NCBI GenBank assembly: GCA_001871075.1
Contig: MNUP01000128.1
Location: 1 to 43,315, forward strand
DNA from: Candidatus Desantisbacteria bacterium CG1_02_49_89
GTDB lineage: Bacteria > Desantisbacteria > UBA1551
DNA length: 43,315 nt
Direction of reading: 5' to 3'
Shown here: positions 1 to 8,499 of the stretch, piece by piece
Layout: each line of letters begins with the position of its first letter
Numbering within the stretch: the first letter of the stretch is position 1
Made by a program: the position numbers and the translations under genes
Notes under the pieces: generated by a model
What the model saw: only the letters and a program-made list of their open reading frames with translations
The model's database searches: none
What the model was told of the DNA's origin: nothing

Positions 1-580
1 CCTTTTCTCCCTCTATGCTGATGGATCTGATGTCGCTGACCCTCAGAGCCGTAACACCGCTGCCTGTCTTTAGCGTGACCCATTCTATCCTGGGCTCTAA
101 CAGGACCGGCTGCGGAACAAAATTAGGATAATAGCCATACTGCCCGTAGAAAGCGTTGCGGTCAGTGTTTTCCAGCCTTTCAGCCGGTTGCTGATAATAC
201 TGGAATCCTACCAATGTCCCTTTCAACTCCTGCTTGTCAGATGCCTGGATAGTTGCTTTTTCACCCGTATTACTTTTTATAAGGTCTTCTATTTTTACGA
301 TGGTCTCCTGCTGGAAGACCTCGGTCTTCTGCGCCTTTATGGACTTAAGCGGCACGCCCTCCGTAAGACTTGCCCCCCAGAAAGCGCCAAGGCTCGCGTC
401 AGGTATCTCGTCTAGGATCACCTGACCGTTTACCGGAACCGCCTTCCCCTCGCACCTCAGGTACGCGAACCCGTTCTTGAATATCACCGCCTCTTTTACT
501 TCCGGGAACTGCGCCGTGTCAGTCGCGTTTGCAGTTGCCGTAAGCAACATCAACAGCAAAACCAATATCATCTTTTTCAT
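1..580 (-). CDS. Exported protein, DUF4139/DUF4140-like N-terminus (partial, runs off the window edge)
   Basis: Not in the ORF track; translated by hand. ATG at 580 with GGAGG RBS; MKKMILVLLLMLLTATANA signal peptide, then VKEAVIFKNGFAYL; frame stays open to base 1. Family call is from motif resemblance only. Confidence 0.7.
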   Translation of the reverse strand, partial: MKKMILVLLLMLLTATANATDTAQFPEVKEAVIFKNGFAYLRCEGKAVPVNGQVILDEIPDASLGAFWGASLTEGVPLKSIKAQKTEVFQQETIVKIEDLIKSNTGEKATIQASDKQELKGTLVGFQYYQQPAERLENTDRNAFYGQYGYYPNFVPQPVLLEPRIEWVTLKTGSGVTALRVSDIRSISIEGEK

Positions 581-712
581 TATACCTCCAATTATAAACA
601 AAAATCAATAGTGAAATGTCAAGACCTGACCCCAGCTTATTCTTTTTTCATAATCACTTAAAAATCACTGTAATCATCTTTTAAAGAAAAATAGAACCGT
701 CCCCCTTTTTCC

Positions 713-997
713 CTATTTCTTATAAACCTTGCCGCGGTCGTCAGCCGCTGTCATGAACACTATTTTCTTGTCTTTGTCGATTTCATAAAAAAACCGCCAT
801 TCCCCTATGCGGTATCTCCACGTATCGTGCTCCTGACCGGTAAGTTTTACTATTTGCGAGCCGAAGTAAGGCTGCTTCCTTAATTTGGGATAGGCATAGT
901 TTTTGAGCTTTGCCTTTATTTTTTCCTGCCTTCCCCTGAAATCTTTTTCCAGGTCCTCCAGAAAACCTTCGGTCTCGAATATCCTGTACCCGTTCAT
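713..997 (-). CDS. Type II TA toxin, RelE/ParE family
   Basis: 94 aa, basic, with WRYRIGEWRFFYEID motif; start overlaps the antitoxin stop (ATGA). Confidence 0.88.
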   Translation of the reverse strand: MNGYRIFETEGFLEDLEKDFRGRQEKIKAKLKNYAYPKLRKQPYFGSQIVKLTGQEHDTWRYRIGEWRFFYEIDKDKKIVFMTAADDRGKVYKK

Positions 998-1233
998 ACA
1001 AATTTGCCTTTAAGAGCTTTCGCCTGGCTATGCCCTCTTTCCAGTTTCTTCATAAGGCTTTTATTGGCTTTTATCTCGGCCATCTCGGCCGGGTCGATCA
1101 GGCTGGATTCCTCGATGTGCCTTAGCGCCATTGTTTCGATAAAATTAGATATCGGCCGGTTATCCAGTTTAGCCCCTGCGGCAAATTCTTCATAAGCTTC
1201 TTCCGAAAGCCTTAAAGTGATCGTTTTTGGCAT
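994..1233 (-). CDS. Type II TA antitoxin, CopG/ribbon-helix-helix type
   Basis: MPKTITLRLSEEAYEEF...ISNFI RHH pattern; GGAGGT RBS upstream of ATG 1233; lies upstream of the toxin. Confidence 0.82.
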   Translation of the reverse strand: MPKTITLRLSEEAYEEFAAGAKLDNRPISNFIETMALRHIEESSLIDPAEMAEIKANKSLMKKLERGHSQAKALKGKFV

Positions 1234-1266
1234 AATAAACACCTCCTTTTCATCTGCTTCATATAT

Positions 1267-1295
1267 ATTCTATCATACTCTAATGTATTTGTCAA
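1267..1295 (-). promoter_or_regulatory. Sigma70 promoter of the RelE TA operon
   Basis: Minus strand TTGACA-17 nt-TAGAAT with TG extended -10, about 35 nt before the ATG. Confidence 0.7.
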
Positions 1296-1478
1296 GAAAA
1301 AAGAGATTAAAAAAACTTGGGTGTCAGGTCACTTATCACCTACATACCCGGGCCAGGCACGCTTTCCCTGCAAATTCTTTTGCGAGATTCCTGAGACTCT
1401 CATTCTTACTGCATTTTTCCGCTCCACCTTCCATCCCGGAACCTCTATTTTGCTTCCTTAAACTTTCAGCTTTCAGCT

Positions 1479-1506
1479 AAAAAGCGGGTATAATCCCACT
1501 TTTTTT
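1479..1506. terminator. Possible bidirectional intrinsic terminator
   Basis: AAAAAGCGGG-TATAAT-CCCACTTTTTTT hairpin with T-tracts on both strands. Confidence 0.4.
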
Positions 1507-1569
1507 ACTCCTCAACTCCCGGACCTTGACCGCAGAGCGGGCGGGGCAACTCCAGGACTTGCTGTTTTT

Positions 1570-1637
1570 CCGAAGAACCATCCACACAGCTCTGGCTCGA
1601 AGGTCCCTGCGTTGAGCGCCGGAGGCGCTGCAGGGAC
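1570..1637 (-). repeat. Two-hairpin mini-element family 1, copy A
   Basis: Minus strand GTCCCTGCA-GCGCC..GGCGC-TCAAC-GCAGGGAC-CTTC-GAGCCA-12nt-TGGTTC-TTCGG; homologous to 2477, 7198, 12517 and 29805. Confidence 0.7.
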
Positions 1638-1848
1638 AAAATACCATTAATCCATTAATCAAACTGTTTCTAATGTCAAGACCTGACACCTTTTTTATTT
1701 AAGAAAAATTTCAAATGTAAAGATCTGTTAGAGACACCACACTAGATAACGAACTGCGGGGGTTGCCTCATTTCCGGTTTCATCGGAACTACAGGGATCG
1801 CTAAATAACCTGAATTGTTCAATTATTTAAAGGGAATAAAAAATGGTG

Positions 1849-1924
1849 CCGTGCCAGCCGAAGCATTTGCGATCTATCTGCGAAATGCAGATGCCCAGAT
1901 TGCAAAGTATTTGCGTAGGCGTGG
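1849..1924 (-). repeat. Long-hairpin mini-element family 2 (CCTACG...CTWCGG)
   Basis: 76-nt insert relative to the uninterrupted copy of the same flank at 2661-2680; homologous to 9484-9635 and 19580-19654. Confidence 0.65.
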
Positions 1925-1936
1925 GCTGTCCCTAAT

Positions 1937-2443
1937 TTATAAGAAAAACACCAGGATAGGAACCACATTGGCAGCTCCCAGGATAATAAGAAGCCAGAAA
2001 GGCAGGCTCCTGCCCCTCTGCCCTGCTTTGTCTTCAAGCTTCCCCGCGATAAACACCGCCATTGACAGCATAACGATAAAAGCCCAGACCGGCGGCGCGA
2101 GCTTTGGCTGCCATCCTGTGACCAGATATAGACCGAAAACAAACCACCCCTCTATCATTGCCAGGATACCTGTGCTTGAGTAAATATTAAGTTTTCCGGA
2201 CTGCTGGCCGCCGGGTTTGTTTTCATACTTGATCCTGCTGTATATCTCCGCGGCGATAGAAGCGGAAACTAAAATTGATACCAGGCAGAATAAAACCAGG
2301 CACAATGAATAATGGCGGGTATGCCCGTAAAAAAGCAGCAGGGCTAAAAATATGAACGAAACGATCGCCGAAGAAAAAATTAAAAATCCCGTTATCTTTT
2401 CTAACCTTTTCCCACCATTCCCGGATCCCTCGTTTTCCATCAT
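1937..2443 (-). CDS. Hypothetical membrane protein (about 5 TM segments)
   Basis: 168 aa with several hydrophobic stretches; GGAGG RBS upstream. Confidence 0.7.
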   Translation of the reverse strand: MMENEGSGNGGKRLEKITGFLIFSSAIVSFIFLALLLFYGHTRHYSLCLVLFCLVSILVSASIAAEIYSRIKYENKPGGQQSGKLNIYSSTGILAMIEGWFVFGLYLVTGWQPKLAPPVWAFIVMLSMAVFIAGKLEDKAGQRGRSLPFWLLIILGAANVVPILVFFL

Positions 2444-2476
2444 GCCGGCCTCCGTTCAGTAAACATAGTTGTTTTT

Positions 2477-2555
2477 TCGAAGAGTCATCCACTCAGTCCT
2501 GACTCGCAGACCCCCGCGTTTTGTCCCGATTCTTTTTATCGGGACTGCAGGGGGC
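2477..2555 (-). repeat. Two-hairpin mini-element family 1, copy B
   Basis: CCCCCTGCA-GTCCCGAT..ATCGGGAC-AAAAC-GCGGGGGT-CTGC-GAGTCA-12nt-TGACTC-TTCGA. Confidence 0.7.
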
Positions 2556-2973
2556 ATTGAACCTTGGAACCATTGATCCTTTTATCTATTAATCTATTAA
2601 TCAAATAAGGAGCCATCCACTAGCTTTTAACCTGAATTGTTCAATTATTTAAAGGGAATAAAAAATGGTCGCTGTCCCTATTTTTCACACATTGAGTGGG
2701 TTTGGTTGTTCTATTTTAGTCGATAGTGAAATGTCAAGACCTGACCCCAGCTACTTAATTTTATAACGTTCGACTTACGACGTTCGACGGTATTTAAAGA
2801 ATTAAGTAATGTGTCCCCGGAATCAATATGACCCCAGCTTTTCACTTGCCGATGTACGATGCACGACCCGCTAGGGCGATGCACGGTATTTAGCTAATGA
2901 AGACCTGACACCTTTTTTTTGCGCATTTATGACCCCTTAATATCCCCTTGACTAATCGTGCACTAATCGTGCA

Positions 2974-4365
2974 CTAATCGTGCACTCGATATCTCGTACT
3001 CCGCCCCATCCCAATCTGAACGATAACTTTCTTTTGTAAAAGATCGTTTAAGTCTTTATTTGCCTGTCTTAATGAAACTCCGGATATTTCGGCGTATTTT
3101 TTCCGCGAGATTTCACCTTTCGCTTTAAGGTATTCTATCGCCTTCTTTTGGCGATCATTCAGATCCAACTTATGAAGTTTTTGATCTTCGATTGCCTTGG
3201 CAAACGCCTTTCCGGGCCCCCTCAACGTAACGTTGAACCCTCCAGACAATTCTTCGAATATTGGATCGGCCAGTTTCTCCGCCCGCATGGCCTCGACTAC
3301 GCGATTCGTTCCCTTCCCCCAATGCTCGATGTATTTAATGTAGAACAGGCGTTCGGCGAGGAATCTGTTACGCGGTATCGAGAGATGCTTGCGCTTAAGC
3401 ATTGCAGGGGTAAGCGGTTTGGGCAACTCTCCCGGATTCCAAACTTCGATACGGCCGTCGTAAATCGACAAATGAGTGTCCGCATTCGACCAATAGTCCC
3501 TGTGTGCAAGTGCGTTGTTCAGAATCTCTTCCAGCGCTCTGAATGGGTATTCCCATTTATCGAACCGTTGATTGGCATCGAAGAAAACCGCGTGCTTGGT
3601 ATGTTCCGCGATGAAAGCCAGGGCTTTTTCGCGGAGATCAGGGATAGTTCCTTCCAGCACTTTCATGTCGAGATAATCGTTCCCTTCGCTACCCTTGAAC
3701 CTGGCGACACGAATCTTCGCTTGCACGAAGAATTTCTGCGGCTGTTTTCCAAAAAGTAAAATAGCCGTATTGTTCGGCTTACTGCCTTTAAGCAAGTTTA
3801 ATCGCGCAAGCGCATCTTTCACGCTCGTTTTTGCCGGTACGATCAAGCGTTTTTCATCCTTGGCTTTATCCAGAAACCATGATACCTTGGCCGCGTCGAT
3901 GTCTTTTAGCGAAGCGCCCTTGCATACCGCCTCATCAAATTGAAGTTTATCTTTATGTTTTTCGAAGATTAACCGCTCGTATTCGTCTTTGGTCATCTTG
4001 ACCGTCGAACGCCCCGCGCGCTTATATGGCCGCCCGAACGCAAGCACCAGGCGATCGTGCGATTCTTTGACCTCTATGACAACCACTTCCTTGCCGTGAA
4101 TATTCTTAACGGTTACCTTTGGGTAAAGTTTCGGATCCGTGTGCTGGGCGATTTGGTTGACCAATTTCTCGATCGTGCCCTTGCCGATTTGAACTCCGAC
4201 AACCTTGCCTTCCGGAGAGACACCGATAAATATCCGGCCGCCTTCTGTATTCGCGAAAGCGACCGCCGTCTCTACGATTGCGTCCATCTCGGATAAAGAC
4301 TGCTTCCGCTCAACCGTCGTTGATTCAGCAGAACCAATCATCTTTGATAAATTCTTCGTCTTCAT
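2974..4365 (-). CDS. AlbA_2/Schlafen DNA-binding domain + HATPase_c_4 (RecG C-terminal-like) + wHTH protein
   Basis: ESTTVERK..AFANTEGGRIFIGV (AlbA_2); EILNNALAHRDY..IEVWNPG..PRNRFLA..IEHWGKG; C-terminal HTH. Confidence 0.88.
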   Translation of the reverse strand: MKTKNLSKMIGSAESTTVERKQSLSEMDAIVETAVAFANTEGGRIFIGVSPEGKVVGVQIGKGTIEKLVNQIAQHTDPKLYPKVTVKNIHGKEVVVIEVKESHDRLVLAFGRPYKRAGRSTVKMTKDEYERLIFEKHKDKLQFDEAVCKGASLKDIDAAKVSWFLDKAKDEKRLIVPAKTSVKDALARLNLLKGSKPNNTAILLFGKQPQKFFVQAKIRVARFKGSEGNDYLDMKVLEGTIPDLREKALAFIAEHTKHAVFFDANQRFDKWEYPFRALEEILNNALAHRDYWSNADTHLSIYDGRIEVWNPGELPKPLTPAMLKRKHLSIPRNRFLAERLFYIKYIEHWGKGTNRVVEAMRAEKLADPIFEELSGGFNVTLRGPGKAFAKAIEDQKLHKLDLNDRQKKAIEYLKAKGEISRKKYAEISGVSLRQANKDLNDLLQKKVIVQIGMGRSTRYRVHD

Positions 4366-4588
4366 ATTCTTCTCAAATAGAATCCTTGATCGCCCGGCGC
4401 TCTTCTTTTAACTCTTTTTGAATTCCGCCCTTAATTTAAAGACCTTTCCGCCACTGTATTTAACCTCGGTAATTTCATGTCCTCCAGTTATCCAAAATAA
4501 ACCAGCCTGTCCCCTTTTACATTCGGTATTGACCTAATTCCGGGGACATAATACTTAATTCTTTAAATACCGTCGAGCGTCGAACGTC

Positions 4589-4705
4589 CCGCCCAACAAG
4601 ATTTCCTCCCTAAAGATTTCCACCTTTAAGATTTGCGCCCTAAATATTGGCGCATCCGCCAATTCTTAAGGCGGAGACGGACAAGGGCGGACAAGGGCGG
4701 ACAAG
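4589..4705 (+). repeat. Self-nested palindromic mini-element stack
   Basis: Three left halves CCnCC..AAGATTT, a central double hairpin, then three right halves GRCGGACAAG. Confidence 0.7.
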
Positions 4706-4891
4706 CTGTGCATCGCAAAATGCAGTCATGGTTTAAAAACTTGTCAACGTATCAGCGTGTCAACGCAACTGCAAGGTTTTTTTATTTGAAACAGTGTTAA
4801 CTCTGAGATACAGTCATTTGTTAAAAACTACTACTGGTTCCGTGGTTCTGGGTTTAAAAGTTAAACAGATTGAATAAATAGAAACAACGAA

Positions 4892-5881
4892 CTATTTTTT
4901 TAGTAGGTTTAAAACCACTTTTATCATTATATCCTTTTCCGTAAGTTTACTAGCGGCAATCATCAACGTCAAGGTAATCAACGTGTTTTCGTCTATGCGC
5001 TTACTGCCATCGAGGCACAATAAAATGTCATTCCGCTGTAAGAAATATACAAATAAAGTCGCGGCGATACGTTTATTACCATCCACAAAGCTGTGGTTCT
5101 TTGTTACAAAATATAAAAGGTGCGCGGCTTTCTCTTCGATTGTCGAATAGACATCTTTCTTGCCGAAAGTTTGGTAAATAGCCCCTATGGAGCTTTTAAA
5201 ACCGCTGTCTTTTTCCTGCCCGACAAGCGGGGAATCTTTAAACCTTACCTTTATCTCGCTTATAATGTTTTTAGCCTCTTCATACGTCAATTCATATTTT
5301 ACTTTTTGAGTTCCTGCCGGCGTCGCAAGCCTCTGATGGTCGAAATCATCTAAAATATTCAGCGCTCGTGAGTATTCTTCAATAATTCGAATAATTCCTT
5401 TAGACTCATCCGGCACATCCTCCAACGATGCAATGTTGCCCAATAAGCGCACCGCTTCCCGCAAATTGCAAATTTTTTCTGATTGCACCCGGAGCTTTTT
5501 TTCATTGAGCGTGTAACCATCCAATAGATACCGGCGCAGAACATTTGTGGCCCAAATACGAAATTGTGTTCCTTGTTTAGAATTCACGCGATAACCGACA
5601 GAAATAATCGCATCCAGACTGAAATATTCTACTTGATAGATTTTTCCGTCCGTACCAGTTGTTGCAAATTTTGCAACAACTGAATTTCTTTTTAACTCAC
5701 TTTCTTTAAATATATTATGTAAATGCCTCGATATAACGGATTTATCCCGTTCAAACAGGTCTGACATCTGGTTAAGACTTAACCAAACGGTATCCTTGAC
5801 CAGCCGCACCTCCAATCTGTTTTTGTATAAAACAACTTGTCCTCGGGAATCTTCTATCTTCATTAGCTTTTTAGGCGCCAT
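4892..5881 (-). CDS. Virulence protein RhuM / Fic-Doc fusion family protein
   Basis: RhuM motifs DTVWLSLNQMSDLF and LDAIISVGYRVNS..TQFRIWAT, plus Doc-like Fic motif HSFVDGNKRIA. Start uncertain (5893 TTG, 5881 ATG or 5863 ATG). Confidence 0.88.
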   Translation of the reverse strand: MAPKKLMKIEDSRGQVVLYKNRLEVRLVKDTVWLSLNQMSDLFERDKSVISRHLHNIFKESELKRNSVVAKFATTGTDGKIYQVEYFSLDAIISVGYRVNSKQGTQFRIWATNVLRRYLLDGYTLNEKKLRVQSEKICNLREAVRLLGNIASLEDVPDESKGIIRIIEEYSRALNILDDFDHQRLATPAGTQKVKYELTYEEAKNIISEIKVRFKDSPLVGQEKDSGFKSSIGAIYQTFGKKDVYSTIEEKAAHLLYFVTKNHSFVDGNKRIAATLFVYFLQRNDILLCLDGSKRIDENTLITLTLMIAASKLTEKDIMIKVVLNLLKK

Positions 5882-6432
5882 TTTACCCCGCAAGCTGATA
5901 ATTTTTTATTAAATAATGGGGACGGGTTCATTTGTTTATTAAAGATGATTACGGTGATTATTAAATACTGATTACAGTGATTATCAGAAGAAGATTACGG
6001 TGATTATTAAAAGATGATCTTTGCTACGCCGATCAGGTCCAGCGAGACAACATTCTTTGTGGGCCATGTCGATAAACGACGAATTCCGGTGATTACAAAA
6101 TGTCCCGATAAATCGGGACCGCTACACAACAGATTGCCGCGCCCTGCGGGCTCGCAATGACCCACCTACGCCATCCTACTTCGCTAAAGCTTCGAAGGAC
6201 AAGTTTGAGGGTTCTCCTGCAAGTACGACCAGCTCCCGCCTACGTGAATACTCAGCAAACTTATAATTTTCCTATCCTACTACGCCAAGGCTTCCGCCTG
6301 CGTTAAACCAAATGAGTCCAAGATTTTCCTATTCGGAAAGGACTCATTTGAACTCCGGCGGACAAGTCGCTCAGGTACAGGGCAGGCACCTAAACCAATT
6401 CGTCGGAATTACAGACACACTGCCTTTTCCTG

Positions 6433-6753
6433 TTATTTATCTCTTTCTTGCTTTTTCAGATACTCAATGCCTTTTTTAGTCAAACGATATTTTTGCAGAC
6501 GACTGTTTGGTTTGTCTGGGATCGTGTATTCGATCAGATCCTGCTTTAACGCCGATTTCAAGTATCGCTCTTTAAAATTTGCCCGTCCTTTTAAGCTAAT
6601 TTTTTTCTGCAATTCCTGCCGCGTCATTTTACCATGGATAATCTTCAATAAACGTATTATCTCTTCATTGACTTGGCCCGCGACTTGACCCGCGACTTGG
6701 CCTGTGGTTTGAATAGGAGCCTTTTTCGCCGAGGGTTGTTTTCGCCATATCAT
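6433..6753 (-). pseudogene. C-terminal fragment of a Fic/ATP-binding-type protein (GQVA repeats + wHTH)
   Basis: GQVAGQVAGQV linker and PDKPNSRLQKYRLT C-terminal motif; no N-terminal catalytic domain; the 5' end abuts repeat DNA. Confidence 0.6.
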
Positions 6754-6824
6754 CAGAATAAAAAATCCGTTTTCTAACCGAAACTCCGGCGGACACAGCG
6801 GGTTCAGGGCAAGCTTACGAGAAC

Positions 6825-8201
6825 TTATTTTTCGATCACTTCCCAGTGACCGCCTTTATCCGGGCCGATACGGCGAAGCAGACCTTTTTCTTTTAATTTC
6901 TTTAAGTTCCACTCAACGCCCCTGCGAGTTAATTTTGCCTTTTGCATAATTTCATTTTGAATTATTCCGGGATCTGCTTTAATTAAAGCAAGGATTTTCT
7001 CCACAGTTTTCTTTAAGAGACCTTCTTCACCTTTTCCTTTCCTCTTGAAGGTCACGATGAAATGAGTTCCTATTTCCCTGAAGTCCGCATCGGGTTCCCG
7101 CGAAAGTATGAGATTTATGCCCCTCCCCCACTTTTCGATGAAATGCACTCTGTGGAACAGCTCAGCGATAAGTTCGTTTCGGCGTGTGGATGTATTGTCC
7201 CTGTAGCCCCTTCGGGGCTTAACACAGGGATCTGCGAGCCAGAACGGGGCTGATGGCTCTTCGGAAACCATTTTTGTTTTTATGTCGGTTATAGTCAAAC
7301 CGCCGTAAAGAAGCCCCGGGTTTCTGATCTCAAGACGGTTCTTAAAGATCGCAATATTCACGGAGTCATATTCCCTGTAATCCCTGTGACAGAAGGCGTT
7401 GATTACTGCTTCCCTGAACGCTTCCCTGTCTATTTCAGGAACATCTATTCTGCGTAAACCATCGAGCTTCATTCCGATATGAATATTTTTCAGTATGTAT
7501 TCCTGCGCCTTTTCGATAAGAAAGAACGGGTCACCCTCATAATCCTGCATATCCACGGGAATCGCCGTGTCATTAGTCGCGAAAACCGCGCACCTGAGCT
7601 TTGCGTTAGGGAAGAACTGCCGCGGATCCCTGGCAAAAAGCATTACGGCCGCGTTGCGGATCTTGCCATCAGAACAAAGCCCCAGTTTTTGCAGGGAACT
7701 TTTAATATCGTCATACTTCAAACCTGCTATCTTTAAAAATGACCTTAACTTTTTCGAGCTGATATGAGAATATTTTGCCTTTTCGCAAACCAGCGTATCC
7801 CAGTTCAGCTTGTCCTTATTTTTCGCCAGAAACATCTTTTCTAATTCTCTTGCGCTTAGCTGCTTGTTTTCATCGCTAACCCTCATATATGCTTTGCCAA
7901 AAGCCAGGTAAGGTATTTCTGTCCCTTCAAATTCTATGACCGCACATCTCTTTCCGTTTATTTTTTCAGCCGCGATTTTAGGATAAATCCTGGGCTCTAC
8001 GTTGCTCGAAACCGCCTGAGAAATATCCCTGATCGTTTTTCCGCCGATTTCCTGGCCGACCACGGTGCCGTCATTCTTTATGCCGAAATATACCTTTCCT
8101 TTGGCGTGTTTATTGAGAATGGCTGAAATCGCGATGACCGCTTCTTTCAGCTCGGAAGTTGATTTCTTGAATTCCACGTTTTCGGATTCCTTTAATTGCA
8201 T
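6825..8201 (-). CDS. Second AlbA_2/Schlafen + HATPase_c_4 + wHTH protein, carrying a 25-aa in-frame insertion
   Basis: MQLKESENVEFKKS..SAILNKHAKGKVYFGI; REAVINAFCHRDY..EIRNPG..RRNELIA..IEKWGRG. Start placed at ATG 8201 because the ORF-track extension to 8477 translates repeat DNA. Confidence 0.85.
   Translation of the reverse strand: MQLKESENVEFKKSTSELKEAVIAISAILNKHAKGKVYFGIKNDGTVVGQEIGGKTIRDISQAVSSNVEPRIYPKIAAEKINGKRCAVIEFEGTEIPYLAFGKAYMRVSDENKQLSARELEKMFLAKNKDKLNWDTLVCEKAKYSHISSKKLRSFLKIAGLKYDDIKSSLQKLGLCSDGKIRNAAVMLFARDPRQFFPNAKLRCAVFATNDTAIPVDMQDYEGDPFFLIEKAQEYILKNIHIGMKLDGLRRIDVPEIDREAFREAVINAFCHRDYREYDSVNIAIFKNRLEIRNPGLLYGGLTITDIKTKMVSEEPSAPFWLADPCVKPRRGYRDNTSTRRNELIAELFHRVHFIEKWGRGINLILSREPDADFREIGTHFIVTFKRKGKGEEGLLKKTVEKILALIKADPGIIQNEIMQKAKLTRRGVEWNLKKLKEKGLLRRIGPDKGGHWEVIEK
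7198..7264 (+). repeat. Two-hairpin mini-element family 1, copy D (inside a CDS, antisense to it)
   Basis: TCCCTGTA-GCCCC-TTCG-GGGC-TTAAC-ACAGGGAT-CTGC-GAGCCA-12nt-TGGCTC-TTCGG. Confidence 0.75.
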
Positions 8202-8265
8202 ACCCGGTCCTTTTATAACCATTTTGTTGACATCAACGAAATGGTCCGCGATGCTCTGCCAAATT

Positions 8266-8342
8266 TTACGGGGCTCCCTCCTTAAAGATCGGCAGCTTGC
8301 CCGCCAACGCTTGCTGGGCGGGGGTCTTCGAAAAGGCTTGCC
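8266..8342 (+). repeat. 77-bp composite REP/mini-element, identical to 12354-12430
   Basis: Identical by visual alignment: TTACGGGGCTCCCTCCTTAAAGATC...CTTCGAAAAGGCTTGCC. Confidence 0.8.
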
Positions 8343-8499
8343 ATATCCACCCCGATGGACATCGGGGCGAGACCTCGCCCTAAAGGGGCGGGCGAAAACA
8401 AATATTACGGGGCTGAAGCCCCTACTCCGTGAAAACCAGAGGCAACTTTCTTGTTCCACCCCAGCTTGATGTGCCAAAATGGCACTTCAAAATTTGCCC

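Larger units (their letters stand above)
1320..1690. mobile_element. Putative non-autonomous element bounded by 11-bp inverted repeats GGTGTCAGGTC/GACCTGACACC
   Basis: Perfect IR at 1320-1330 and 1680-1690; the same end motif recurs at 615-633, 2730-2748, 2901-2912 and 8896-8917. Confidence 0.45.

Noticed and set aside
1570-1600. Group II intron domain V, or hammerhead/twister/HDV ribozyme identity for family 1
   Set aside because: GAGCC..GGTTC resembles domain V only superficially; the stem is too short and I did not find the catalytic cores of those ribozymes.
8202-8477. 92-aa N-terminal extension of the second AlbA protein (ORF track)
   Set aside because: It translates REP, mini-element and fragment DNA; the domain starts at Met 8201.
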